A stretch of 28,144 nucleotides of DNA from a virus. Taxonomy: Duplodnaviria; Caudoviricetes. The stretch covers positions 1 to 28,144 of IMG/VR virus record IMGVR_UViG_3300025112_004171; one strand, given 5' to 3'. Below the pieces are notes generated by a model. It searched no databases and was not told where the DNA came from. It worked only from the letters and a program-made list of their open reading frames with translations. Both the position numbers and the translations under genes were made by a program. This document shows positions 1 through 9,341 of the stretch, one piece after another (positions within the stretch are counted from its first letter, which is position 1; each line of letters starts with the position of its first letter).

Positions 1-298
1 AAATCAAACTAAGCAAATCAGAAGTGCGATCTTCTTTAACATCTTTGTCATATACTTTATGCTTCTTAAATATTGCTGGTCTTTCTTTATTTCCTATTGA
101 AACAATTATTCTACCAAGCTCTCTTATCAACCAACCTCTTTGGTTATTCAATTGCACAAGTGTTTTATCTAGATTGTTAATACTAACATTTGATTTAAGT
201 TCAAGATCTAGATTTAGATTATTTATCTTTTCATTGATGCTACGCATTCGTTTTTCTAGAATGCTTAACTTGTCAAATATACTACCCACTGTCTCCAT
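1..298 (-). CDS. DUF4254/DUF6165-like helical protein (partial, runs off the left edge; not in ORF track)
   Basis: ATG at 296-298 overlaps the upstream TAA (TAATG) and follows a strong SD GAGGAGGT. Manual translation METVGSIFDKLSILEKR...QLNNQRGWLIRELGRII...ERPAIFKKHKVYD is open to the edge. ETxGSIxDKLSI and QR..L resemble DUF4254/DUF6165 proteins, which often neighbour GT9 genes. Confidence 0.7.
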   Translation of the reverse strand, partial: METVGSIFDKLSILEKRMRSINEKINNLNLDLELKSNVSINNLDKTLVQLNNQRGWLIRELGRIIVSIGNKERPAIFKKHKVYDKDVKEDRTSDLLSLI

Positions 299-534
299 TA
301 TGAAACCTCCTCATATATTAGATCAAACTCATCTTTAGCTATAGGATAAGGGAAGCCCCTTGCATCAATTGCAAGATAACCATCTTCACATTTCATTATG
401 CCCTCTGCTGTTTCTACTTCAAAGGACTCATACATTCTACAAGCTTTAGTAGTAGTTTTCTTTTTGAACATCTTCCATTCCCTGTCAAAGATAACATCAC
501 CTGATTCAAGTACCTCTTTAGTTATTCTAATCAT
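298..534 (-). CDS. conserved small phage protein (PGDYG-like family)
   Basis: VETAEGIMKCEDGYLAIDARGFPYPIAKDEFDLIYE matches the common TxEGxM...G..YP.....F...YE phage motif; AAGGAAG upstream. Confidence 0.7.
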   Translation of the reverse strand: MIRITKEVLESGDVIFDREWKMFKKKTTTKACRMYESFEVETAEGIMKCEDGYLAIDARGFPYPIAKDEFDLIYEEVS

Positions 535-553
535 AATGCAACTTCCTTATCTA

Positions 554-582
554 GTTATAAGCACATTTAGTATTGCTTTAAA
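554..582 (-). promoter_or_regulatory. putative promoter TTTAAAG-N12-TGCTTATAAC
   Basis: Intergenic; near-copy of the motif at 3542-3571; -35-like TTTAAA and -10-like TATAAC are 17 bp apart. Confidence 0.45.
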
Positions 583-598
583 CAGTTATAGTATAAGT

Positions 599-3070
599 TT
601 ATTTTTTCCATGCTTTAACAAAAATGCCTTTCCCTGTATCTTGAAGATGCTCATATTCAAATCCAGTTTCTAGCATCAGATAATCAAATGACTTATTCGT
701 AGGAATCCAAGTATATTCTCCCTTTCCCATTGTCTGCCATCTATGCCATTTGTTTCTAGCATCTTCTTCGTCGAATGAAGGGCAGTCGATGAAGAGTAGG
801 CCGTTGTTATTCAAAACTTTTTTACAAACATTTAGAAATTCTACAGGATTAGAAATATGTTCTAAAGTTTGGTTACAAGCTAGTATATCAAATCTATTTG
901 CATCATCTTTATATCGCTCAGCAAAATCTCCTTTTACTAATCGCGGTAGCATTAGCTTGTTGTCATCAGTGGTATCATGATTCTCGATCAGATCATCAAA
1001 TAGTTCTATACCTTTATCGATAGATTTCTCATTAATATCGATACCATAAGCATGAAACCCTTTTTGTAGCGCTGCTTTAACTACCAATCCGATACTACAT
1101 CCAACATCAAGAAATGTTAAACCACTCTGCATTCCACCAAGTTTCTTCTCCATTTCTTCATAAACAGTATCTACAAAGGGAATCGAGTAATCGTTAAAGA
1201 CCTGTTCCCATCTTTCGGAATATTCTTTGTGCAATTCATCTGTTTGATCTGGATGATCTTCAGGAATTTCTCTTTGAATGAGATCCATCTCTTCTTCCCT
1301 ATAATACGAATACCCAGGAATATTAAAGTAAAAACTAGTGGGCTTGCCAGAAATAATAGAATTCGGCTTAGACGTAAACTTCTCAATTGCTTTGATAACA
1401 TGTTCGGCTCCTATAGCTGACATGCAAATACCTTGATTTTCATTTACACACGTAGGAACAAACGTTATAGAGTTTCCGTTTCTTAAGAAAAATGATTTGT
1501 GCTTGCAACCCAAGCACTCAAGTGAGTTATCTTGAACATAGAATACATTTTCTCTATTTGGATTAGATATATATGGCAATGCAGCACCAGCAATCAGAAT
1601 CCTGGGGATATTAAGCGCACTTGCTATATGCATCGGTCCATTGTCTGTCCCAATATAAAATGCACAGTTCTGTATTAATGCAACCATATTGTCTAAACTA
1701 CATTTATGGTATTTTGCATCAACGGCTGTTACGTCATATCCAGGTTCAACTACTGCATAGTTCATCTCCTTTAAATACTCAATAACTTTAGCATAACTCT
1801 CCTTTTGCCAAGTCTTTCCCATCCAACCTGATCCATCACCAACTACTACAACATACGGTTCTTTTGGAAGGTAGGCACTATAGTCATCCACCATCTTAGC
1901 AAACTGTGGAATCTTGTCTTTCCAATCATCGAATTCTACACCACAAGCTGAAGCATAAGCATCAATGAATGGAGTATCAATTCTAGATTCATATGCTAAA
2001 TCTAAATCGAACTTCACTTGACAATCAGAATCTGCTAAACCATCCTGAAGCAAAGCATTTTCATCAATCTTCACTACCTCGTTGGGCTCATTTTTGAAGT
2101 ATTTTACTACGTCTGGTTTTGCAGTGAAGAATGTTAGCTCTGCTTCAGGATATTTTTGTTTGAGTTTCTTTATAATTGGCTCACATAGAACGACATCACC
2201 CATTCCAATTGTTCTTTTCAAACCAATTGAGTTAACGCCTTCTGTAGTGCTTATGATGTTTCTTATATTATTATTATACTCTTCATCTAGAAAAGCATTA
2301 CCCATAACAGTTGGAATTGATCTTACAACTTCAATATTTCCATCAACCAGCTTGTTCTCTTCTTTCAATTCAGCATTAGCAGGTCTTCCAATTTGCTTCT
2401 CTACACCCTCAGGTGTTTGGCTATCTTCTTGTTCACCACCAAACTTAATCCACTGTGCTATCGTTATTTCTTCAGGCATTACTCCAACTACATTATCCTC
2501 AGTCCATTTCTTTATTATTCCTGAGGGTTCGAAAAGTTTTTGCCCATCTTTCTCAACTATACAAGACTCCCAATCAACTGTTATACTTCTATGATGACAC
2601 AATTCATCAACAATTATTTTCTCAAGTGGTGGCGGATTCTCGATCCTAAATCCAATAGTGTTTAAGGGATGATCTGGATTATCAACGTCCCTATATTCTA
2701 TATGACTAAGTGACCATTTGCATTTCTTCTTTTGCTTGAGTTCTTTAATATGTGCTTGTATATGTCTAGGAAACCACAAGACATTAGTAACAGTCTTATA
2801 GAAAATGAATTCACCTTTTGCTTTTTTAACAACGTCATTTATATAAGACACACCTTGCTCTGATTGCTTGAAACTGATCTTCCAGTTGTTCTTATACTTT
2901 TCTTTCAACTCAGTGAAATCAAAAGAAGCACATACAATCAACTCAAAATTTTCATGTATCTGTTGTAGAATATTATTTATTGAAGCTCTAGTCTGTTCAA
3001 CTTCAGTATCTTCAGCTAAAAGAATTATAGAAGCTAAAACATCATCGAATCTATTACTATTAACTTTCAT
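599..3070 (-). CDS. multidomain glycosyltransferase/methyltransferase: degenerate GT2-like + GT9 (heptosyltransferase-like) + class I SAM methyltransferase
   Basis: N-terminal GT-A pattern (SINNILQQIHENFELIV, AKGEFIFY, LWFPRHI); GT9 motifs GMGDVVLCEPIIKKLKQKYPEAELTF and IGTDNGPMHIASAL with a Cys cluster; C-terminal FLDVGCSIG and QTLEHISNP. Confidence 0.85.
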   Translation of the reverse strand: MKVNSNRFDDVLASIILLAEDTEVEQTRASINNILQQIHENFELIVCASFDFTELKEKYKNNWKISFKQSEQGVSYINDVVKKAKGEFIFYKTVTNVLWFPRHIQAHIKELKQKKKCKWSLSHIEYRDVDNPDHPLNTIGFRIENPPPLEKIIVDELCHHRSITVDWESCIVEKDGQKLFEPSGIIKKWTEDNVVGVMPEEITIAQWIKFGGEQEDSQTPEGVEKQIGRPANAELKEENKLVDGNIEVVRSIPTVMGNAFLDEEYNNNIRNIISTTEGVNSIGLKRTIGMGDVVLCEPIIKKLKQKYPEAELTFFTAKPDVVKYFKNEPNEVVKIDENALLQDGLADSDCQVKFDLDLAYESRIDTPFIDAYASACGVEFDDWKDKIPQFAKMVDDYSAYLPKEPYVVVVGDGSGWMGKTWQKESYAKVIEYLKEMNYAVVEPGYDVTAVDAKYHKCSLDNMVALIQNCAFYIGTDNGPMHIASALNIPRILIAGAALPYISNPNRENVFYVQDNSLECLGCKHKSFFLRNGNSITFVPTCVNENQGICMSAIGAEHVIKAIEKFTSKPNSIISGKPTSFYFNIPGYSYYREEEMDLIQREIPEDHPDQTDELHKEYSERWEQVFNDYSIPFVDTVYEEMEKKLGGMQSGLTFLDVGCSIGLVVKAALQKGFHAYGIDINEKSIDKGIELFDDLIENHDTTDDNKLMLPRLVKGDFAERYKDDANRFDILACNQTLEHISNPVEFLNVCKKVLNNNGLLFIDCPSFDEEDARNKWHRWQTMGKGEYTWIPTNKSFDYLMLETGFEYEHLQDTGKGIFVKAWKK

Positions 3071-3077
3071 ATTTTTT

Positions 3078-3503
3078 TTATTTCCTTAATTCAATTACTT
3101 TTTCTAAAGTAGTATTGATTTTCCTTAACTCAACATCTTCGCTCCCCTCAACCACATACTTTGTAAGAAGTATGCAATTTTCATAGCCTTCCCAGTCAAC
3201 TGTAAATGTGTGATCTAAAGACCCATTTTGAACACAAACTAATTCATTCAATGCATTCAATGTATATAAAGTGTTAGTTTCTCGTTTCCTATGTAATGAT
3301 ATAGTATTTCTAATCACATCAGAAAAAGCAACATCCTTCTTTATGACATTGAATGTTAGAATATAATCGTTTTCTTTATCTGCATCTTTCAATAGAAAGA
3401 CTTTATTATTTATCACTTCAAAATTTGCAGCTATAAGCTTTAATATTGAACTAACTTTTCTCCTATGGTTAACAAATGTTGCTAAAAGAACTGTATTTCT
3501 CAT
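3078..3503 (-). CDS. conserved hypothetical phage protein
   Basis: SD AAGGAG; motifs LLATF, NTISLHRKRETNTLYTLNALN, DWEGYENCILLT recalled from large uncultured myoviruses; function unknown. Confidence 0.8.
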   Translation of the reverse strand: MRNTVLLATFVNHRRKVSSILKLIAANFEVINNKVFLLKDADKENDYILTFNVIKKDVAFSDVIRNTISLHRKRETNTLYTLNALNELVCVQNGSLDHTFTVDWEGYENCILLTKYVVEGSEDVELRKINTTLEKVIELRK

Positions 3504-3541
3504 ATAACTTCTCCTTTTATATTAACATTATTACTTATTAG

Positions 3542-3571
3542 ATTATAAGCAAAAATCAATACTACTTTAAA
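3542..3571 (-). promoter_or_regulatory. putative promoter TTTAAAG-N13-TGCTTATAAT
   Basis: Intergenic, perfect TATAAT, shares both blocks with 554-582. Confidence 0.5.
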
Positions 3572-5566
3572 CTATTTTTGAAAATTTGGTCTTAATCCTG
3601 GGTAACCTTGATCACATTTTGCATCAACAACTCTGTTGCCCTCTATCTTTGGCACTACAGCATATTTTTCTTCTGCTCTCATTTGATTTGTTTTAGGTTT
3701 ACCTTCTGCATTAAAGCTAATCCCATTTTTATCAATATTGACTAAGAAATACTCAACAGGTATTTCAACATCAGTCTTTTTCATTATATCATTAGTTGAA
3801 TTTATCATTAAATCTCTAAACATAATCTCTCTAACAAACGGGGCCACAGCAGAGAAATCTTTATCTAATCCTTTGTTTTTAGAATACAATTTCTTAAGAG
3901 CTCTATCTATCTTAGCTTTAGTTTTCTTTGCTTGCTCCTCATCAAACATTTTATCAACTAGTGATTGCGCTTCATCTAAACTCCCCATGTTGTCTACACC
4001 CTCTATAGCACTTACTTTCTTTCTCATACTAGGTGACATTTCACTTTGATCTACATTTGATAGTTTTGATGCGTATAACTGTAGTGCATCATTAAATTGA
4101 GTTCTCAATTCTTTGTTGTCTTTATATCTCTCTTCAAGTAATTCCATATAAGCTTTAGCAGAACTAGCTGCACCCTCACTTGAGCCTGGATATTTTGACT
4201 TTATTGAAATTGCATGTAACTTCATAGCATCCTTATCAACTCTTAACAAATCAGCAAGTTGAAAATTTCCAGTTTTTGGGACATATATCTCTTCACCTCT
4301 TGCTAGCATCTCCATAGTTGATCCGATCTCTCCCCAGTCTGCTAAGAAACTAGCAGCTTCTTCCGGGGCGACTTCGCTAGCAGATTCATACGCATCGACA
4401 AAAGCAGCCGGCATAACTCTCCTTAATTGCTTCATTTTGTCTTCTGGACTCATTTTAGATCTTGTCACTTTTGCAATTGCATTTGTATAATTTTTCATAT
4501 ATTTCTTTGTTACATCTTCTCCACTATCATTGACTTTTTCAGCTGCTGAAGTTACATACTCGTCAATTGCATTTATGAACGTCTCTGGTCTATCTCTATC
4601 AAGTTTACCATCAAACAATTCAATGTCTTTGACTTTGTCAACAGTTGAACCACTTAACCTTGCCAAATATTCCATAGTAGCAGGAGGTAACACATCTGAT
4701 GCTTTAGAGGTGTCCATGTTTCCTAATAAGTTTTGCGGCTTAAATGATATGCTCTTGTATCCAATATCAGAAGTTACTCCCCCTTTTGTTTTGAAGTTCG
4801 GTTTGAAATTGGGTATTTTCTCTTTAAGCGTTTCTATGTTATCTAACACTGTGTTCTTAAATTCAACTGGCGACATACCCGGCACTTCATCAACTTTGAA
4901 TGCTCCTGATTTAGACAGATTATCAGCACTCGTATATAGTCTACCTGAAACTGGAGTTGCTGATATCACTAATGAATTAGCTGCCTTAAGGTCTTCCTTT
5001 GAAAACTCTACATCAGCACCACTACCCAATAATGCTAATTTCACCATTGCTTTCTTTTGTGGACTAACAAGTTTGCTATTTGCCATAGATGTAAGTCTAG
5101 ACAATTGTTCATCATTGAATGTAGTCTGGGTTTCCTCGGGTTTTTCTTCACTTGCTCCACCACCTTCAGCAGGCTTCTTACTTTGTACATCATTTTGTGA
5201 AGCAGTACCCCAGCCCTGTTTTGTGCCATATCCTTTTGTCACTAAATGCAAGTCATTACTCTTGTCAACAAAATAGAATCTTTCAGTTCCTGCTTTTGTT
5301 TCAGGGCCTTTCAAGAGTTTGTCTTGCTTTTTTGTCTTCTTGGCAACAGCTTTCGTTTTTGCTTCTTGCAACATAAACAGAGCAGAGCCTTCTAAAATAG
5401 CTAGTGCAGCAAACTCACCACTCTTATTTATGAAACAACCATTCCCAACATACTTTAGTTTTCCTTCCATAGCTTTCTTGTAAGCAAAGCTATTTTTACT
5501 TATGTTTAAAGCTATCTCTTCAACTTTCAGTTTTCTCAATTTCTTTCTCCGAGTCATTAGTTTCAT
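3572..5566 (-). CDS. large hypothetical protein with possible PD-(D/E)xK-like domain; start uncertain
   Basis: 664-codon ORF; WGE...YVPKTGNFQLADLL...AISIKSK resembles a restriction-endonuclease-like core. The N-terminus overlaps the upstream gene and the ATG lacks an SD. Confidence 0.7.
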   Translation of the reverse strand: MKLMTRRKKLRKLKVEEIALNISKNSFAYKKAMEGKLKYVGNGCFINKSGEFAALAILEGSALFMLQEAKTKAVAKKTKKQDKLLKGPETKAGTERFYFVDKSNDLHLVTKGYGTKQGWGTASQNDVQSKKPAEGGGASEEKPEETQTTFNDEQLSRLTSMANSKLVSPQKKAMVKLALLGSGADVEFSKEDLKAANSLVISATPVSGRLYTSADNLSKSGAFKVDEVPGMSPVEFKNTVLDNIETLKEKIPNFKPNFKTKGGVTSDIGYKSISFKPQNLLGNMDTSKASDVLPPATMEYLARLSGSTVDKVKDIELFDGKLDRDRPETFINAIDEYVTSAAEKVNDSGEDVTKKYMKNYTNAIAKVTRSKMSPEDKMKQLRRVMPAAFVDAYESASEVAPEEAASFLADWGEIGSTMEMLARGEEIYVPKTGNFQLADLLRVDKDAMKLHAISIKSKYPGSSEGAASSAKAYMELLEERYKDNKELRTQFNDALQLYASKLSNVDQSEMSPSMRKKVSAIEGVDNMGSLDEAQSLVDKMFDEEQAKKTKAKIDRALKKLYSKNKGLDKDFSAVAPFVREIMFRDLMINSTNDIMKKTDVEIPVEYFLVNIDKNGISFNAEGKPKTNQMRAEEKYAVVPKIEGNRVVDAKCDQGYPGLRPNFQK

Positions 5567-6212
5567 CTACAGTTTCTGTTATTCTATCCCAAATTTGTTC
5601 TACAACATCTTCTGAAAAACCGAAAGTTTTTAGTTTATCTAAATCTTCTTTTACAAATTCTCCATCTTTGATTACGCTATCAATAACATAATCAACAACT
5701 TCACTATCAGATAGTTCTACATTTTCAATAAATTGCTTATCATTCAAAACTGACTTATTCTCATCATCATCTTTCTTACCCTGTAATACTAAATTCAACT
5801 CATCAACAATATTTCTTATCAATCTTATTTGATTGCTCTTGTTGCTAACAACCCAATCATCATATTCGTCTTTATCACCACTAAATGTAACTAAGTCACC
5901 AACCTTCAAATAAACTCTTCCATCTGAAGTAGTACGAATTTTGTTTTGAACATGGCTCTTAAGCAAATTGACAGTTTTCTTAAACAACTTGTCGTTGTGT
6001 ATAAAGTTTCTTCTCATGTCAATAGCAGAATTATTGATGACCCAAGAGTAGATGTTCTGTATCTTTCTCAATATATTCAATGTTGAATATGCAACCTCTT
6101 TTGCATTCTTCGGTTCAAATTTCTCTTCCTCTTCATCTGTGTATTGCTTTATATAATCTCTAAAATCATCTACTGTCTTCTCTTTGTTTATTGCAAAGTT
6201 AGTATCCTCCAT
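5520..6212 (-). CDS. hypothetical acidic protein
   Basis: 230 aa ORF with SD AAGGAG, overlaps the polymerase stop; no recognised motif. Confidence 0.75.
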   Translation of the reverse strand: MEDTNFAINKEKTVDDFRDYIKQYTDEEEEKFEPKNAKEVAYSTLNILRKIQNIYSWVINNSAIDMRRNFIHNDKLFKKTVNLLKSHVQNKIRTTSDGRVYLKVGDLVTFSGDKDEYDDWVVSNKSNQIRLIRNIVDELNLVLQGKKDDDENKSVLNDKQFIENVELSDSEVVDYVIDSVIKDGEFVKEDLDKLKTFGFSEDVVEQIWDRITETVDETNDSEKEIEKTES

Positions 6213-7608
6213 GTTTAAACTCCTTTAAATTTTTTCCTATTTCAACTGCACAATCAAAGTTCACATCTACATCATTCAAATAATTTTTTCTCATTGCTTC
6301 AATTGCTATGTTTTTCACAATATCAACTTCACCTGGAGCAACATCAATAATTATTTCATCATAGACAGTTGCTACAACAGCTGATTTTGTTTTTACAATT
6401 AAGCCATTCATCATGTCACATACAGTATATAAGCATTGCACTGTAGATAAATTCTGAAACATGTTGTTCACTGATTTGTTTCTAGCTTCTTCTTGTGTTT
6501 TGTATTTAATCACCTTACCTTTTTTAGTATCGCATTTCAACTCTCTAACACATTCACTTCTGAAATCTTCAACTTCATTTCCTATCTTATACCACTTCTT
6601 TAGCAAATCAATAACACCACTATCATATTGTTCTGATCCATACATCCACTTTATTATTGTGTTTTTTACGTAGTTTCTATTTTTATTAGTTGCTATTGAA
6701 TTGTCTATTAAAGTGTATATATCAGAGTCTATACATTTTATTCCAAAATAAGAGAATAACACTTTCAATTCAAAGCAGTTCCAGTCAAACTTGAGGAAAC
6801 AACCATCATTATATCTTGGAACTATCGCATCTCCATATTCACTCTTCTGGAAATTATGGAATCTAGAAGACAGTCTTCCTGTACTAGTATGATCAAAATC
6901 ATAATTTATAAATGCTTTGTATTTTTTGTAGTCAATATCAATGAATTTGTTTTCAATTTTCTCTGAATAGGTGTCAAACAAGTTTGTTAACTTGAAGCCT
7001 GTTTGTTCTATTATTGCGTAGTAAAAAGAAGCAATATGAAGCAAATTGAAATATTCGTTATTGACTGAAGGTAAAAATGAACTTAGTTTTTCTATTGTTT
7101 GTAATTCAGTTGCTACTAGCAGGCGTAGTCTTTGTTTTCCTAGCACCTGATGTGGAAAGAAAAAACAGTCAGAATAGATTTTTCTATAATCTGATTCTAT
7201 GTTTTGTACTTTTTCTAGATTTGCATAGTTTACTACGCCTTCATCATATATTTCGATATACCTATTGAATAGATTGTATAGATATAGTCTTATATCGTGG
7301 AGTTTATACGTAGCAGTATATGCAAGTCCCTTGCTTACTTCATTGTTAAACAATACCTTGAAAAAATATTTCAGGTCATTAACATAGATCTTTATTTTCT
7401 TGCTTTCTATGATTGAAAATAAAGTTTCAAAGAAGTATTTAGTATTTAGAATCTTTATTAGATAAGTAGTATTATCAAATAAGATTCCAAAGCATATTAT
7501 TCTTTCTAGCTTATTATCTGATTTGATAGAAACAAAAGCAGTATTAGTGCTAGATGATTGTAGTTCTGTTAAAACGTCATATTCGTTTACATCTTTTATA
7601 ATGTCCAA
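6199..7608 (-). CDS. short, divergent family A DNA polymerase
   Basis: HTSTGRLSS; motif A LKFDWNCFELKVL; motif B RNYVKNTIIKWMYG; NNMFQNLST; motif C ATVYDEIIID. TTG start, 469 aa. Confidence 0.85.
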   Translation of the reverse strand: MDIIKDVNEYDVLTELQSSSTNTAFVSIKSDNKLERIICFGILFDNTTYLIKILNTKYFFETLFSIIESKKIKIYVNDLKYFFKVLFNNEVSKGLAYTATYKLHDIRLYLYNLFNRYIEIYDEGVVNYANLEKVQNIESDYRKIYSDCFFFPHQVLGKQRLRLLVATELQTIEKLSSFLPSVNNEYFNLLHIASFYYAIIEQTGFKLTNLFDTYSEKIENKFIDIDYKKYKAFINYDFDHTSTGRLSSRFHNFQKSEYGDAIVPRYNDGCFLKFDWNCFELKVLFSYFGIKCIDSDIYTLIDNSIATNKNRNYVKNTIIKWMYGSEQYDSGVIDLLKKWYKIGNEVEDFRSECVRELKCDTKKGKVIKYKTQEEARNKSVNNMFQNLSTVQCLYTVCDMMNGLIVKTKSAVVATVYDEIIIDVAPGEVDIVKNIAIEAMRKNYLNDVDVNFDCAVEIGKNLKEFKHGGY

Positions 7609-7630
7609 TTTTAAAAACCCTTTTGTTTTG

Positions 7631-7644
7631 TTTATAAGCTTATT
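7631..7644 (-). promoter_or_regulatory. putative promoter element AATAAGCTTATAAA
   Basis: In the gap upstream of the polymerase; 13/14 identical to 26834-26847 and shares GCTTATAA with the two left-hand motifs. Confidence 0.4.
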
Positions 7645-7672
7645 GATAACGATCTCTATATAGTAATATATT

Positions 7673-8839
7673 CTAACCGATCTTTAAACTATCATGTACT
7701 GCCATTGATGGAATCGTTGCTAGATAATTCAACATAATCTCAGTCGCTGATAACGGTCTGTTGAAAACTCTAGTCAATCCAACAACTCCAGTCAGGCTTG
7801 AAGTAGATAAGCTTAATTCTCTACCAATCACTAGCCTTGTGTCTGAATTCACCACTGGTAAGGCTCGCATGTTTGCACTAAAGGAGGCACTGTTTCCATT
7901 TACATAAACCCATGACCCTGAATTGCTAGCAGTAGTATTGTGACACACACTTGCTATATGGTACCATCTTCCTACTTCTAGATTAGCAGCTGTAACTGAG
8001 CTAGCTCCGATAGTAAGTTCGAGGACACCACCATTTTCTTTTAGAGTCATTACTTCTGTAGCACTCGATCCAATTGTAAATATATTTGTATTTCCTGTGT
8101 TAGATAGTTTAACATGCATCATTACAGATAAGCCATCAGCTGTATTAGCATTGAAGTGATGGCTGCTTAAACTTTCTATCCAGCTTTCTCCATTTAGTCT
8201 GAATCCACCTTCTACAGGTCCATAAGTCCAGCCTGTTATTGTGGCACTAGTTCCATCACCAGATGATGTGCCTTTAACATCTGCTGAAATAGAATTATTT
8301 GAACGATCTTCAACTCCTGTCAATTGTGATCCGAGTTCTTCTCTATTGTAGGTGTATAACAATACTTGGCTTTTTCCAGTAACACCATTGGGTGGAGTGG
8401 CTTCAGGTCCTGGTCTCATTCCTGTTCCGATGAAGTTCAAACTCTCACTCATCTTAGTTAGGGCGGTGATAGTCATATCACCGAAGAATACTTCACTGTC
8501 TTTTATGATGACGTCAAGTCTATCACCATCAGTCATTGCTGTGCTTATTATATATTGATTTTGAGTTGCTGTACTTGAATTATCATCTGCTGTTACTGAT
8601 AGTGGATATATTGGATTTGATCCAGTAGCAGAAACCAAGCCGGCTGTTGAACCATAGAACAACGATAACTGTCCAGAGACTGCTTCTGTTGTTGTGCTTC
8701 TAGTTCTCACTAAAGCTAGAAAGTTATTACCAGTCAATGACTCATTGTTACTTAAAACAAACAGTGGTTGCTCATTGAAATAGCCAGTGTTTCCAGCAAA
8801 TCTTAATTTATTTTCTACTATAAAGTTTGTGCTTTCCAT
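7673..8839 (-). CDS. LamG/concanavalin A-like domain virion protein
   Basis: Likely start at ATG 8837-8839 (TAATG overlap). C-terminal LamG pattern GRWYHIASV, VYVNG, LVIGR, TRVFNRPLSATEI; S/T/G-rich. Confidence 0.8.
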   Translation of the reverse strand: MESTNFIVENKLRFAGNTGYFNEQPLFVLSNNESLTGNNFLALVRTRSTTTEAVSGQLSLFYGSTAGLVSATGSNPIYPLSVTADDNSSTATQNQYIISTAMTDGDRLDVIIKDSEVFFGDMTITALTKMSESLNFIGTGMRPGPEATPPNGVTGKSQVLLYTYNREELGSQLTGVEDRSNNSISADVKGTSSGDGTSATITGWTYGPVEGGFRLNGESWIESLSSHHFNANTADGLSVMMHVKLSNTGNTNIFTIGSSATEVMTLKENGGVLELTIGASSVTAANLEVGRWYHIASVCHNTTASNSGSWVYVNGNSASFSANMRALPVVNSDTRLVIGRELSLSTSSLTGVVGLTRVFNRPLSATEIMLNYLATIPSMAVHDSLKIG

Positions 8840-9333
8840 TACGCATCCCAATCTATTCGTATGTCAATATCCCAATCTGTAAGAATACTATCTAACTCTT
8901 TTGCTGATTTCATAATTGTTTTTATTGTGCTTTGTTTAATTCTTTTCCTATCAGATTGTATTCCACCTGATATGCGCTTCATATTTGGATTGACGAACAC
9001 ACTAAATGTAGCCCATCCTACATAATTCATAATATTACGAGCTGTATCTTGATTCATATAACCATCATCTGCTTCTTCATCACCATCTTCATAAAATTGG
9101 TCTTTCGATTTGATGTATTTTATAAGATTAGTTTTTTCTCTATCATTCATTTTCTTTACTATTTGCTGAGCATAAGTTTCAATAATCTCCATATGTGGTT
9201 GCATTTCATAAAACATATCGTCTACTTTCCCACTTGGTGTTATTACAAAATGAAGTTCGGCATCTCGTTTTTTGTTTGCATATGGAAGAATCTTATCAAC
9301 AAAATTCTTTTCAATTGCTTCAATTAGTTTCAT
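8839..9333 (-). CDS. small passenger protein with MKLIE leader
   Basis: ATG 9331-9333 preceded by GAGAGAGA; 164 aa, charged; FVITPSGK...H...GW motif. Confidence 0.75.
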   Translation of the reverse strand: MKLIEAIEKNFVDKILPYANKKRDAELHFVITPSGKVDDMFYEMQPHMEIIETYAQQIVKKMNDREKTNLIKYIKSKDQFYEDGDEEADDGYMNQDTARNIMNYVGWATFSVFVNPNMKRISGGIQSDRKRIKQSTIKTIMKSAKELDSILTDWDIDIRIDWDA

Positions 9334-9341
9334 TCTCTCTC

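Noticed and set aside
1171-5229. Short nested minus-strand ORFs 1171-1401 and 5041-5229
   Set aside because: Alternate-frame ORFs inside long genes, with no SD or motif support.
7631-7644. AATAAGCTTATAAA read as an archaeal BRE/TATA promoter implying an archaeal host
   Set aside because: A sigma-like gene, family A polymerase and GT9 point to a bacterial host, and such motifs arise easily in AT-rich DNA.
7609-7672. Possible intrinsic terminator after the structural block
   Set aside because: No convincing GC-rich hairpin precedes the T run.
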